A DNA stretch of 64,000 nucleotides, from positions 21,204,001-21,268,000 of the forward strand of contig NC_043016.1 in the NCBI RefSeq assembly GCF_006345805.1. The letters are read 5' to 3'. This document shows, in pieces, positions 27,101 through 41,074 of this stretch. Within the stretch, counting starts at the first letter, position 1, and each line of letters begins with the position of its first letter. The notes beneath the pieces are model-generated. The model made no database searches. It was not told where the DNA came from and saw only the letters and a program-made list of their open reading frames with translations. Source of the DNA: Octopus sinensis (lineage: Eukaryota). The position numbers and the translations under genes are program-made.

Positions 27101-30100
27101 TTAGCATATGCATATGGAAAGAATAAATGAAAGGTAGACTTTACAAAACCCAACTAAACAACTGGTTGAGAGCAGCTGAAAAAAGCTAGTGACTTGGAAG
27201 GTTTAAAGTATAGTACATCCAGTATGACATCATATCCAGACTGCAAAAGGTCAGTTTTGCTTTATGACTTTACTATGACTCAGGTGGAGGCAATGGAGAG
27301 TCTGTGCAGTAAATTCATGTAAAGGTAAATGGGCACTCTCCCATCTTCCAGCTCAGTCAATTTGTACAGTAAGATCGCTAAGCTCTGCCAACCAATTTCA
27401 TCAGTGATGGAAGAATTCAAAGCCACCAGGGCAAGAGCAATCAGTACCATTGCTTCTGAATGAGGATGAGAAAGTCACACATACCAAGGTTGTAAAGTGC
27501 AGCAGAAAGTAATGCCCTAGGAAGCTGTGAAGGAAGTGGAAACATACTGGAAGCATCAGAAGATTGGAAGAATAATTTGTCATGGGTGGATAGGATTCAA
27601 CAACTACAGTGTCAGGAAATGAAAAAACACTAATGCCAGGAGCAAAAGAGAATTCAAATGCAAAGGGTTCGTGATTCAATAGAGGAGAACTGTTGTGTGA
27701 AAGCAGTAAAACTTGCCCATCAGGGACAGTGGGACCAGGTACTTGAGTGCCCATTATCCTCGAAGGAACTTCAGTACTGGCCAGGAAAAATTGTCCTTCT
27801 TCCTGTGTGCCTTCATTAGCCTTTTGTCAATCTCAAATAACCTTAAAATATGAGACAAAGAACAGCCATCCTATAGGTAACTCTTTGTACTTTGAATTGC
27901 AGGGCACTGACAGAAAGCTGACCCTATTGAAGGTAAGACAAGGTCCTTGCAGAAATCACCAAACTTACAAACGGGCAGAGAGTTAAGGCTAACAAACAGT
28001 AGCCTTCTACCTAAATGTATCAGATTCCTCAGGGAAGGTGACAAGGCTCCTAAGATAAAAGCAATGGTAAGAAACAAGTTTTCTGTTCAGCAGCTAGCAA
28101 GTGAGCCTGAAGGGCAGACTTGTCTTCCCAGAGTAACATACCGTGACAAGACATGTTCTAGCTCTCTAGGAATGCAAAAACAATCACCATAGTTGAACAT
28201 ACAATGTCTTGGTGAGGACAGACTCAACACTTCTCACCAGCTAAAAAAAAAACAAATATCAGGACTTGACTGACAAGGCCTCCTTCCTAATTGAAGTTGG
28301 CTGCCACAAATTTCTAGCTATTTTTGTGCACTATTACCCACAGAAGATTGGTCAGGAACACCTAGAGAAAGCCACTAAGGAAATAGGCATGGCAGCTGAA
28401 ACAGAGCTCCTTTCTGCATGAGGCAAAGCATCTCTGATGCTTTTCAGTGAATAAGTTTTATTCAAAAGGAATATTCATGTGACTTCCTTTTTATAATTTC
28501 ACAATTCTTGTATATCAACAAACATACAATATTTAAGTGAAAAATAGTATATTTTCCTCACAAATGTTTTACTGACTAAAATAGTTTACCCACCCCAAAA
28601 TTAAGTAGTTTCATGTGGAAAAGGAATTGCATTCAGTAATTCAAAATAAGTTCACAGCAAAATTAACATAATAAAAATAGCAACAGATTTACTACAAACC
28701 TTCAGTTTTAGTAAACCTGTCACTATTTTTATCACCTTTGTAGTTCTTCCAGTCTCCCTCTCTTTATCTTTTCACATTTCATCAGTAAATTGTTGTATCT
28801 GAGAGGGAAATATTCATGGCCAATTGACTATCTCTGAATGAGTGCGGCATCATGCAAATTATGTATTGTAATGTTGCTGTCATTAAACAGAGAAATATGG
28901 CTCTTATTATAATACAGATTGGAAAGGACTTAGAACTGAAATTGGATAAAATTATTAGACTGACATATATACACATTTACATAGCCAGTATAGACAACAC
29001 AAAGTACTCAATGATACAGTGATATTATCAATGAAAGATTTTTATCTTATTTCATTATCTATTACTTTTTTCAGTCACTGGACTGCAGCTATGCTACAGA
29101 AAGAAAGAAAGATTGATATCCAGAACAGAAGGATAAGCTGATTGCTAGTATCTTGATGTCTTACAAATTTGCCATCAATGCAAATACAGTAATAAAAATC
29201 AGGTGGCACTTGCATGAGTACTTCCTGAGGTGAATGCAGAGATTATTTAATCCCTTCTCACTTGCTATATATATATATATGTGTGTGTGTGTGTATATAT
29301 ACATATTGAAAGTTGCAGGCATGGCTGTAAGGTAAGAATTTTGCTTCCCAACTGTATGGTTCTGGATTCCGTTTTCAGTTCCACAGCATGACATCTTGGA
29401 TGAGTATTTTCTAAAATCTCAGGTTTACCAAAACCTTGAGTGGGTTTGGTACATGGAAGCTGAAAGAAGCCTTTGTGTGTGTGTGTGTGTGTGTTACTGT
29501 ATCCTTGCCTTGACATCACACGATAGTTGTAAGCAAGTGTCACCATAATGCAAGTGGTGTTCTTTGTTTCGAATCTTCCATGAAAGCATGTCTGGTCATG
29601 GGTAACTATTGCCTTGTTTGGAAGCACATGAGAGTTGGTGACAGGAAGGGCATCCAACTAGAAAAAAATCTGCTGCACAAATTCCATCTATGAGTTAATG
29701 ATGATGATGATACACATAAACACACACATACATACATACAACAGGCTTCCACAGAGTTTCCATATATCAAGCTCATGCATGTGATAGTGGAAAGTTCTTT
29801 ATGAACAAAAAGGAGAAAAGAAATATAAACAGAATTCTATGTGATTAAAAAATAACTGTAGAGTAAATAGTTATATTTTATAGATTTAATGTTTTAGTAA
29901 AGAAACTTGGCTTTTGCTAATTCAAGAGCCCATCTGAAACTAAAATAAGTTCAAACTGCAAATGCAGTTGAATTATTTCAGAACATTTTTCTGATTCCAA
30001 CATTTAGAATGAATTTGATTCATATGCATCAAAGTAATTTCTGTGCGAAATATGATGTAAAAGACTTAAGCATAGTGTTTATGCATGAAAGTATTGTTAC

Positions 30101-33100
30101 AACAAATAATGGGATAAAATAACATGTTCTTGATATAACTGTGTGTACTGAAAGATACATCAATAATCAAAATAAATCATGGAAAGAAAATAGTAGCATA
30201 CTTGTGTCCAGTTGATTCTTTTTATCTTCACATCAACATTGTATTTCTTCCGCCTTGGTAATGTTTTTTCATTCTTCACACCTAGTCCAGGAAGGCCAGG
30301 AGGAAGTGGTGCTCTGGGTGCTCCAGGTGGAAGTGGTGCTCTTGGCGCACCAGGTGGAGGTGGTGCTCTGGGCGCACCAGGTGGAGGTGGTGCTCTGGGC
30401 GCACCAGGTGGAGGTGGTGCTCTGGGTATGCTGCCAGGTAAGGGAGGAGCTCTTGGAGCACCACCAGGTAATGGTGGTGGAGGTGGAACATTTGCACCCA
30501 TGTTGGGTAGTGGAGGTGGAGGAGGGACTGAAGGACCACCAGGTAAGGGAGGTGCAGGAGGTACGGGAATATTTCCACCAGACCCACCAATAGTTTTGTT
30601 AATCATAGCACCAATTCCTGAATTAATCTGAAAAACAGAAAATGAAAGCTATACATAATTTGCACAAAGATATAGACATAAACTGATGAAAAGAATGAAT
30701 GTGACAACACATGTCCATAGATTTAATGTGGATTTAGAATATATTAGGAGTGAACAGATGTAAACGAGTGGACATTATCCAAGTTAAAACAAGCCAATAA
30801 ATTAGAAAGGGCAAATTTGAGAGTCATAGAGGATATAATGCAGAATTGCAATGAACAGATATACATTTTCTGTTGCAGATCTATTGAATCCATACCAATA
30901 GCAAAAAAGCACAACTACAATTCTAATGTTAAATATTTAGATACTTTAAACATATAGTTATTTTACTTCTCAAAATATGAATAAAAATACACATTTTTTT
31001 TTACAGAATATGTTTATAGAATTTAGTAAAATGAACTAATTAGTTCATTTAACCAATATGAATGTGACATCAATTAGTTGTCATCAACAATGGTTGACTT
31101 CTGCTTGAATTATCAATATCCAAATATCACAGCAAAAACCAGTTGTTTTGGAATTTCAGCTCCCTTACGTGCAATCATATTAGTCAACATTGTTTAATTA
31201 ATAACAAAATCTTGATCTGGCAGTTCTGGCAACAACCAAACACCTTTAGGGTGTGATCGTTGCCAGAACTACCTAACTGGCCCTCATGCCAGTGGCACGT
31301 AAAAGCACCCACTACACTCTCGGAGTGGGTGGCATTAGGAAGGGCATCCAACTGTAGAAACTTTGCCAGATCAGATTGGGGAGTGGTGCAGCCTTCTGGC
31401 TCGCCAGTCCTCAGTCAAACTGTCCAACCCATGCCAACATGGAAAACGGACATTAACCCTTTAGCATTCAAACTGGCCATATCCGGCCAAAATATTTAAC
31501 CTGTTTTATATTGAAACTGACCAGAGCTTGCCTCTCACCTCAGCCCTACCATGTCATTCTAAAACTAAAAAATCACATCACTGAAATCTCTAAACTACAA
31601 GATAATGCAGGATTAATTCAAATCATTTTAAATAAACAAACATCACATTTGACAGAATAACCTGAACACTAAAGGGTTAAATGATGATGATGATGATGAT
31701 GAATAATTATTTTTTATTTTGCTACAATTTTGTTTTTCGATATTTTTAATTTTATCTTTATTCTTTCCTTTTATATATTTCATTTTCCTAAACGTGGTAC
31801 AATATGACAGTGATCCTATTCAATTAAATGGAAACACCTAATTCAACTGTCCCATATCTGGGAGTGTGTATACATATGTGTGAGAGGGGCACTGTCAGTA
31901 TGAACAGCAAGGCAGTAGAGTAGCTATCCTGGAATTCCTGAGCCAAGAAAGTCAATGAAAGACTGGTGAAGAAATAAATGCTGAAGGATGAGAGCAAAGT
32001 TTGAAATAAGGACATGGGAACCGTGGGAGAGAGGTAAAGAGAGCAGGGAGTCAAGACATACATTAAGAAGCTAACTTTGGCTGCTAGTTTGTTTTCATCA
32101 ATACTAAAGGGAATTTTGAATCATTCTACATTTTACCATTCATATATCTGTTATCTTGTAATTTCTATCTTTTTACCTTAACTTTTGTTCATTTTTATGT
32201 TCATTTCTTTTCTAACGAGTATCTTACTATTGTCTAAATATTTCAGAATTCAAAGGAGTGAAAGTGTAGGACCACATGAGACTTTCCAAAGCCTCTGAGG
32301 CTTGTTGGAAAGAAAGGAGTCTTTTTTGTTTGATTTTTCAATATAATTTTTGTAACAGAACAGTAAAAGTGGAATATAAACTCTTTAAAAGGTTTAATAT
32401 TAAATTTAAAAAAAAAGAACAAAAATACGAAACCTTTTCTTTCATTTGGATATTTTCAGTTTCTAATTCTTTCATTTTATCTTGTAGTGTTAAGAACTTG
32501 GCCTCTGCTTCTTGCCGGGCAGTCAGTTCTAATTCAAGCTTTTTATTCATTTCTTCAATTTTTGCATTATCTTCACCAACTTTATCATTTGATATTTGCT
32601 CTGTATTGAATATGAAATGAAATAATTATATAAACTATAGTAACATCATAATATGAAGGAATTTATATCTCTATATGCACACACAAATTTAAGGATGAAA
32701 ATATAAGTCCATTTCTTTCTTACTACAAAGAGTCAAACCTGATATATTGTCTCCCCCACTTCCACTAAAGTTAGTGAGATAGAAAAATAGGAAACTATTT
32801 TGTTTTTCACATGATTGCCACCTCCATCCATGTGCTCATACCCAAGGTTGGTTACTACAATAGCACATGATCACATCAACTGTGACAAGCAACAATATAA
32901 GAAGAATAGGATTTCTAATCAACAAAGAACTTAGTGAATTCATTTTAAAATGAAGGATAAATAAGTTCTAAATGAAACATATTCTTAGTGAGACAAAAGC
33001 CGAAGATGAAATAAGTATGTATTAAATATAATAGCTTTGATCAGAATCAGTAAATGAATATCAACTCTCAAAATCATGTACAATATGAACCTGCATGGTA

Positions 33101-36100
33101 CTGCCTGAGTTCATATGAATCATACTATTATTGTTAACATTCTTTTTAACCCCTTTACTGTGGAAATCAGATATATCCAGTCAAAATTTCATTACCCTTA
33201 ACCTTATTGAGTTTCAGACATGACATTCTTCAACAAAACTTGACATGCCTGTTAAGATATGTCAAGTTTTTTTTAGATAGGACTTGCAGAAAATACCAAT
33301 TCAATTTTAGTAGATATTCAACATTATTAATGGAATAACCATAAAATTTAACCTTACAAGTAAAGGGATTAAAGGATTTTAAAAAATGTATTTGCTCAAA
33401 AATATCTTTGCAAAATGGTTGCTTACTCATTCTTTGAGTGATAATGTATTTAATGATTTGACAAATTAATGGCAGCAAAGGACTGAAGATAATAAGCATA
33501 TCAATGTCTAAGTTTGATATGTCTGATTTTTCATCAAGTGACTTGGATGAAATATTATTTGAAGAATGGTCAAACACAACACCTTTGGCATTCTTTGTCA
33601 AAAGATACCTTCCGGATGTGATGAAGTTTGTTGAGTCTTTGTTTTCCAATTTTTCCACTGAGTCGTTACCAACCTAATCACCCAACAAAGTAATCTGAAC
33701 AAAAGGGAACAGTCAACTTTGTTTCTATAGGCAATGAAATTTGGGCATGTCTGAGCATACTGTTTCTGGTAGAAGTTAACAGCTTGCATGTAAATTTCAT
33801 GATAAATAGTAAAAATAAAACTGTTTTTTGTTTATTTGTGATTTAGTATGCCCATGTCTATTACCAATTCCATTTAATTTGTTACCAATATCTCTCTTCA
33901 ACATTTTTAGTAATCTTTTCTTTAGCTATCATGATGCAATTAATTAAATATGTCCATTATTTTTTTAGCACAAATGACCACATACGTAAAAACACAACAA
34001 CTTTTTTCTGCAATACTACCAACTTTAACAGCAATCTGACCACAATTACAAACACTATAAGCATTTGGGAAAGAAAGACAAACTCATGTTTAGGAATTTT
34101 CAGCTCTATCATTATTTATGATTGTGACTTTTTAACAGGACGCTAAAAGTTTAAGTTATTTTGGCCATGGATGCTGAATTTGATGAGAAAGATAAGAGCT
34201 AACATTGACAATTGAATTCATGACAATATTTTATGAATAGATTCTTGAACTAACGTCTTTCAATTTTTTTTTTCCTTAATTTTACTTCATATTCTGAATT
34301 ATAGTACATTCAGTCTTACATAAAACAGGTAGCCAGAAGGGATAATGCTGACCCAATGAAAATGTTCATCTCTCAGAAAATACATGACTATGTATACACA
34401 AAATATAATTTCTAATGTGAAAATGAATAATAACAATAGATTCCAAACATAGCTAAAATCCATTATGGTAACATACCTAACAAGTCTTCAATATCCAGTT
34501 CAAATCGTTTTGTGTAACTGAAATCAGGATCCATACCATGTTTGTGCAAAATAATCTGACTCACACATTCTTCAATTAATTTAAAATATTCAAGTCTGTA
34601 ATAAACATATTTACAGGTTAGGCTTCAGTAATAAAGTATCATACTTAATATACAAATTCTTAATTTTCAAAATTAATATTTTTAATTAATTTATCAAATA
34701 TTAATTTAAAATAAATTATAATTATATAATCCTTAATTGTAATAATTTATTTCATTGAAAAATCAGAAATTACTACCCGTAATGTATATTAATAACATCT
34801 CTCTCAACAAAGTAGAATTAATCTTTTATTTGCTAAGAGCCAAATCATGTGCAAAATCAGTTTAACATTGTTTAGTAATTCTTCATAAATGTTTCAATTT
34901 CCAGGTCTTCAGTGTTAAAAATCTTTGTTATTTCATAAAAATATTTTTATCTGATAGATGAGCAACACAAGTATGATTATGCTGTTATACACCTTTTCTC
35001 TCAATGTGATTCCACATACACATGTAGACACATACATACATCCATCCATGTGTGCATACATATACACACATGCAGGCATACAAACATTAATTTAACAGTT
35101 AGTCAGTGATTTCTTTTTTTGCATAACAAATACATAGAAGAAAAGTGACATCTTTTTTCCAAACAATAGCAGACAAACATAGATTGAAATAAGTAAGCTT
35201 TCAGGAGCACTTGGCTAATCATTTGTCTGCTTGGCCTGGGATGATATGCATCTATCTCTCTCTTTCTCTCTCAACAGTTTATACAACTTTAGTTCATCCA
35301 TTCATGGTTGTATGGTTAAGAAGCTTGTTGCTCAGTCATACTGCGAAGCACCTTAGGTGTTTTCTACTACAACCTTAGGCCAACCAAAGTCTTGTAAGTG
35401 GATTTGGTAGACAGAAAGAAACTTTTGTGTTACTTACATATCATACATGATGTACGAAATTTCTACCAATACTTTTTCTACTCATCAATCAGGGCGTTTT
35501 TCCTGAAAGGTTAAATAGTATGTGTTTTCCTGCTTACTAGGACTTTGGTCTTTGCTGAATTAACTTTAAAGCCCTTTGATAGCAAGTTTGGCTTCAATAC
35601 TTGAAATTTCTTTTATCATGGTCATCAGCACTGAGGAGCTCCCTCAGGTAACCATTCCTCTGTTATGGCATGGAGGACTATGATAAATAAGAAAGAACTG
35701 AGAACTGAACCCTGGTGAACTACCTGCACATTAAATTTGTAGCCAGCCTTGTTGTTAACTTTCACATTATTACTGTCAACACTTTTGTATATGGCTTGGA
35801 CAACTCACACCAGCCCTAGCCATTCATCACCTACCTTCTCTAGCCACTACCAGATCAGGGAGTGAGGGGTCCTATCAAAGGATTTTCCCAGGTTGAAAGT
35901 CAAGGAAAGTAGTATATTTTTGATTAAATACTTCTTCAGTTGCCTTACTAGGAAAACAGCACCAGTAGTGCTTCTCTCAGGTAACTAAACTGTATATTAT
36001 CTAGGTTAACTCTCTTCCTAATTAATTGAGCAGTAACTTTCATGACTTGGTCCAACAATTTGATACCTCTGAAATTGTCTCTCCTTCATCCTTGTAACAG

Positions 36101-39100
36101 TTAACTGTCTTGCTGCTACATAAGCCAGCGTGTATAACCCCTTCTACGAAAAGATTAATTATACAGTTGACTAGGCATATTCCACTCCATGACATATTCT
36201 AAGCCTCTCAGCAGTAATTCCTGACAGGCTTTCCCTGTTTTCATATTTCTAATTTCTTAATCTATCATTGTGCTGTCAACTAAAATAGCTTGTTCCACCA
36301 TTGTGTTCTCTTTAGGAAGACTCCTTCTCCCTTTCATAATAGCCTCTTTCTTTTTAAAATCATCAAGTGTAAATGTATTTCTTTCCATCTGTAGATACTT
36401 CTCTCCAACAACATCTCAATTTTACTGATATACTGTCTTGAATTTGGGAACACCTCATAGTGTAGAACATTAGCAAATTTCTTCTTTTCTGCTTCTCCCA
36501 TTGCTAAATACATCTGTTTCCTTACATCCCTTCTTGTTACCTGGTACAATTTTTTGCTAATATTTATTTCTTTATTACCCACAAGGGGCTAAACATAGAG
36601 GGGACAAACAAGGACAGACATAGGTATTAAGTCGATTACATCGACCCCAGTGCGGAACTGGTACTTAATTTATCGACCCCGAAAGGATGAAAGGCAAAGT
36701 CAACCTCGGCGGAATTTGAACTCACAACGTAACGACAGACGAAATACCGCTAAGCATTTCATCCGGCGTGCTAACGTTTCTGCCAGCTCGCCGCCTTGCT
36801 AATACCATTCTTCCAATACTTCCAAGCCTGTCTCTGCTTTTATGGTCTTGTTTACTTCACTGTCCCAGCATCATGCCACTCATGGTCTGGCTGAACTTTG
36901 CACCAGCCTGTTTGGACTGTAGCCGTCAGTAAGTTGTTGTGTAAGAAATTCCAGCTGTCCTCTATGTTATATCTTCCCCTCCTCATCAACTGCTTCAATT
37001 AGGACTTCTTTAAATCTTCAATTATACAAAAGGTCTTTAAGCTTACATATCTTCCTTTTTCAGACTGGTTTGTGTCTTTGAGTCTTTCTACCTCTAAATC
37101 TGAAGTCTAACTAATGTCAATATTATGGTGAGCTGGCAGAATTGTTAGGACACTGGGTGAAATGCTTAGCGGGATTTCGCCTGCTGTTATGTTCTCCATT
37201 CAAATTCAGCCAAGGTCAATTTTGCTTTTCATCCTTACTCACTGGGGTCGATGTAATCGACTTAATCCATTTGCCTGTTCTTGCTTGTCCCCTCTACATT
37301 TAGCCCCCTGTAGGCAATAAAGAAATAAATATTAATTATCACATTATTTAAAATTGTTGACAGCCTTGATTTCTTTCGTTTCTCCAAAACATGTAGAAAT
37401 AAACAGAAGGCTTTTCATTATTAAGTAGCAGACAAACACAGATTGATACACAAGTGAGCACTCAAATGTGTATGGCTGATCATGAGTCTGCTCAATAAAG
37501 GATAACTTCTCTTTCTCTTCTAAAAGTTTATATCTTTTTAGCTCATTCTATTCATGTAATTTTTAAAAAAATTATTATGTATTTACAGACATGCCCACAT
37601 ACACTACCAATTACATATGTGCTTGACTAAAATTTCTGAAAATGCATAAAGTAAGGGTCATAATACCTTCATTATTCAATGTCTTGACTACTTAATACTT
37701 TCTGACTATATGTAAATGGACACAAAGTGTAAGTTTTTTTTTTATTACTTCTGGTCCATGAATGTGGTGTCTCCTCTCTGCCTTTTAAGCCCTTACTATA
37801 GAGGATCTGCTCCTTTAAGCAGATGCAACTAACAACATCCGTTTCTTCATTCTTAGGACATTAGTTCTCAGGAATTCCATCTTTGCGCATGGTTCTTCTA
37901 CTTACAACTATCCTGGAGAAACAAAACTACTTTGATTCACTAGTCTCAGGTGGTTTGAGAAAACTATGGACACACCTCTATCTTTCAGATCAAAAATAAA
38001 TTTTTTAAAGTGTAACGCAATATCCAAATCATTTTCCTTGGAAACTTCATATCATTAGAAATTTACAAATTTACTCCTCTTTCCCTACTCTAAGTACATC
38101 CCTTAAGTTGTATGAGCTCCTGAGTATTTTAAAACCATTATTTTAAAACAACTTGCAAAAAATACTTCATAAATTTTGAAGGGATATAAAACAAATCATA
38201 AAACAGTCATGATAATCTCACCAAATTCAGATATCATTGTCATCATTCAATATACATGTACTATTTATTAACTGATGCTATAAGCTGGATAGGTTTCCAA
38301 AAACTTTTTATCAATAGGTGCAGGAGTGGCTGTGTGGTAAGTAGCTTGCTTACCAACCACATGGTTTTGGGTTCAGTCCCACTGAGTGGCACCTTGGGCA
38401 AGTGTCTTCTACTATATCCTCAGGCCAACCAATGCCTTGTGAGTGGATTTGGTAGACGGAAACTGAAAGAAGCCCGTTGTATGTGTGTATGTATATATAT
38501 GTGTACATGTGTGTGTGTGTGTGTGTTGATATGTCTCTGTTTGTCCCCCCAACAACCGATGCTGGTGTGTTTACGTCTCCATCCCTTAGCGATTCAGCAA
38601 GAGAGACCAATACAATAAGTACTAGGTTTACAAAGAATAAGTCCTGGGGTCGATTTGCTCGACTAAAAGCAGTGTTCAAGCATAGTCACAGTCAAATGAC
38701 TGAAACAAATAAAAGAATATTCTGAAATTTTACTTGTGGTCTGATCTGATTATCTTACACTCAAACCTTTGATGACCTATGATATTTACTTATCACAGTA
38801 TACTTACTTAACATATGATTCTTCTCTGATCAATAAAAAATGTTGCAGGATTGACAAAAAGTAGGTTGAGCTGGGAGTATTGTTGATACTATTCATTAGT
38901 AAACCATAGCAGTCTTCAATATTCGTGAACATTAGTTAAGGAGGAACAGATATAATTTAATATTTTGCTATCAAACTCAAGTAAATGAGAGAAGATAGAG
39001 GGAGGTGGATAGGGAGGGAGGGGTTGATAAGTTAGTGGCCAAGAGAGTGGGGTAGTTGCAAGTGGTTTTGGTTGAAGAGGAAGTATGAGAGAATGGGGAA

Positions 39101-41026
39101 AGAATACAACTTGTGAGGATGAGGAGGTAGTGAAGATAGAATAGAAGAAAGGAAACAATACTTCTGAGAGAAAATGGTTGTAGCATACAGCCAATCAAAG
39201 GAATGGCTATCTTTTCAATGCAATCCATAATGGCTGTGTATACAGTAGCAGCACTGTTTCATATATGTGAACTATATGTCATTGCAAGTCTTATGTGAGA
39301 TTTGTACAAGCTCAGCAAAAGTGAAAACCTAAGTATTTTCTGATCCTAAAGGGGAACCTTTGTGATGCATGCTTAGCATGTTATATATATACTAGCACTG
39401 TGACCCGGCAACGCCGGGTCATAGTGCTAGTGCATGCATATACAGCTGCGTGCGTGTGCACATACACGTGAGTACTGTCCAAATCTCCGACCAATCACAT
39501 ACAGCTAGCTGGCATTCAATTGCATATCAAGTTTTGGGCATTTTGATTGGGTTTTGGATAGAAAATTCACAAAAAAGTCACTTCTATTGATTTTTTTTAA
39601 TGGGTTTGTGGGATAACTGGGGAAATGTAAAGATGTGCACGACCACCCTTGGATGGTTTTGGATGACCATAGAAAGTGTGAGCCCTCTAACTGAAAAATT
39701 GTGGATTTGTATAAAGGACACACACACAGACATTTTGCCGTTTGTATATAGAGAGATGGCTGCTTTAAGAAAGAGACAGTGAGACTTTGTAGTGACTTCG
39801 AAAATTTTAAATGAAGCTTGTTTATAAGGAAAAAGTAATATATACAATTCTTTGATAAGAGCAGTGACTTGCTGAAAGTGGGTATGTAGATATGTATTAA
39901 TTGAAGAATGTTCTGAAGATTATTGTTTATAGAAATAGCACATGTCTATCAAGCAGTGTTCAGATTAATATAGTTGAAGTTTGCATGTGAATAGTTAAGA
40001 TGGAGTAAAAGAATTAATTTTTTTTCTAAAAAGGGTCATGTAGAGGAACAATAACAATTACCAATAGTGGTAGGAGACAAATTTATCATGAAAAGCATTA
40101 CAACAGATCTGTTTGATGTTCTAATGATTCTGCCATATCATTGACATTTTGGGAATAACAAGAGTAACACAGAAAGAAAAAAAAACTTTTGAAAATAAAG
40201 GATATGATAATTCAATTTTGATATTCTCATATCTTTGGAAAAAATCTTCAGAATCTTCCTCTGCTTGTGTGTGGAAAACATGCAATTGGGTTTTCAAATC
40301 TTCAAATTCTTGTGGTTGTTTATCAAATTTCTACAAAATGAAATTCACACTTTTAAAAAAACAGTCAATAGGATCAGAGAGTATCTTCATAATTTATATA
40401 AGTTTATATACACTTTACTTATTTACTTATTTTATATTTTATATTGCAATTTTTGGACAACTGTTTCATTCTTTACAGGTTTACAACATGACCATCAAAA
40501 GTTCACATCATTTCTAATAACAAGAGTAGCAAAGGAGTTACAGTAACCTGATGCAGAATAAAAATGTCAAGGGTATTATTTGTAAAGCAGTGGTTTTTCA
40601 GTATCTTGCTAATGTTTACATCATTCATTGATATATACAACTGAACGATGTCCATATACTTTGATAGACACATTCACACACATTTACTCTTGTGAGCAAA
40701 AGGCTACCTTTCAGTGTTGGTGCCATGACAAATGCATCCAGTAGAATCTTGATAAAGTAATTTGGCAAAATGAGACAACACAATTACAAGAAGATTATTT
40801 GACCTTGCCAGCAGCACAACAACTTATCTGTAAAGTGGTTATTGTTAGTTGGCACATCCAGCTTTAGAAACTATGCCAAAACTGAGATGTCTGAGCAAGA
40901 TGTAATTCTACAATTTATCCAGGAGAGCTCTAACACCAATAAGAACCAACTTGGATTAACAGTGTCTCTTCTGTTAATACTAGATACATATATCCAAACA
41001 CATAAATAGACATATATTTATGTATG

Positions 41027-41074
<48 letters not shown>

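Noticed and set aside
30212-30631. Gly-rich 139-aa plus-strand ORF and other overlapping repetitive ORFs
   Set aside because: Antisense or alternate-frame shadows of the FH1 repeat exon.
33230-33789. 142-aa and 63-aa minus-strand ORFs in the intron between exons 34477 and 32600
   Set aside because: No recognisable motif; the flanking exons join in phase without them.
38318-38400. tRNA-like A/B boxes as tRNA genes
   Set aside because: They are SINE heads with no complete cloverleaf and are followed by SINE bodies.
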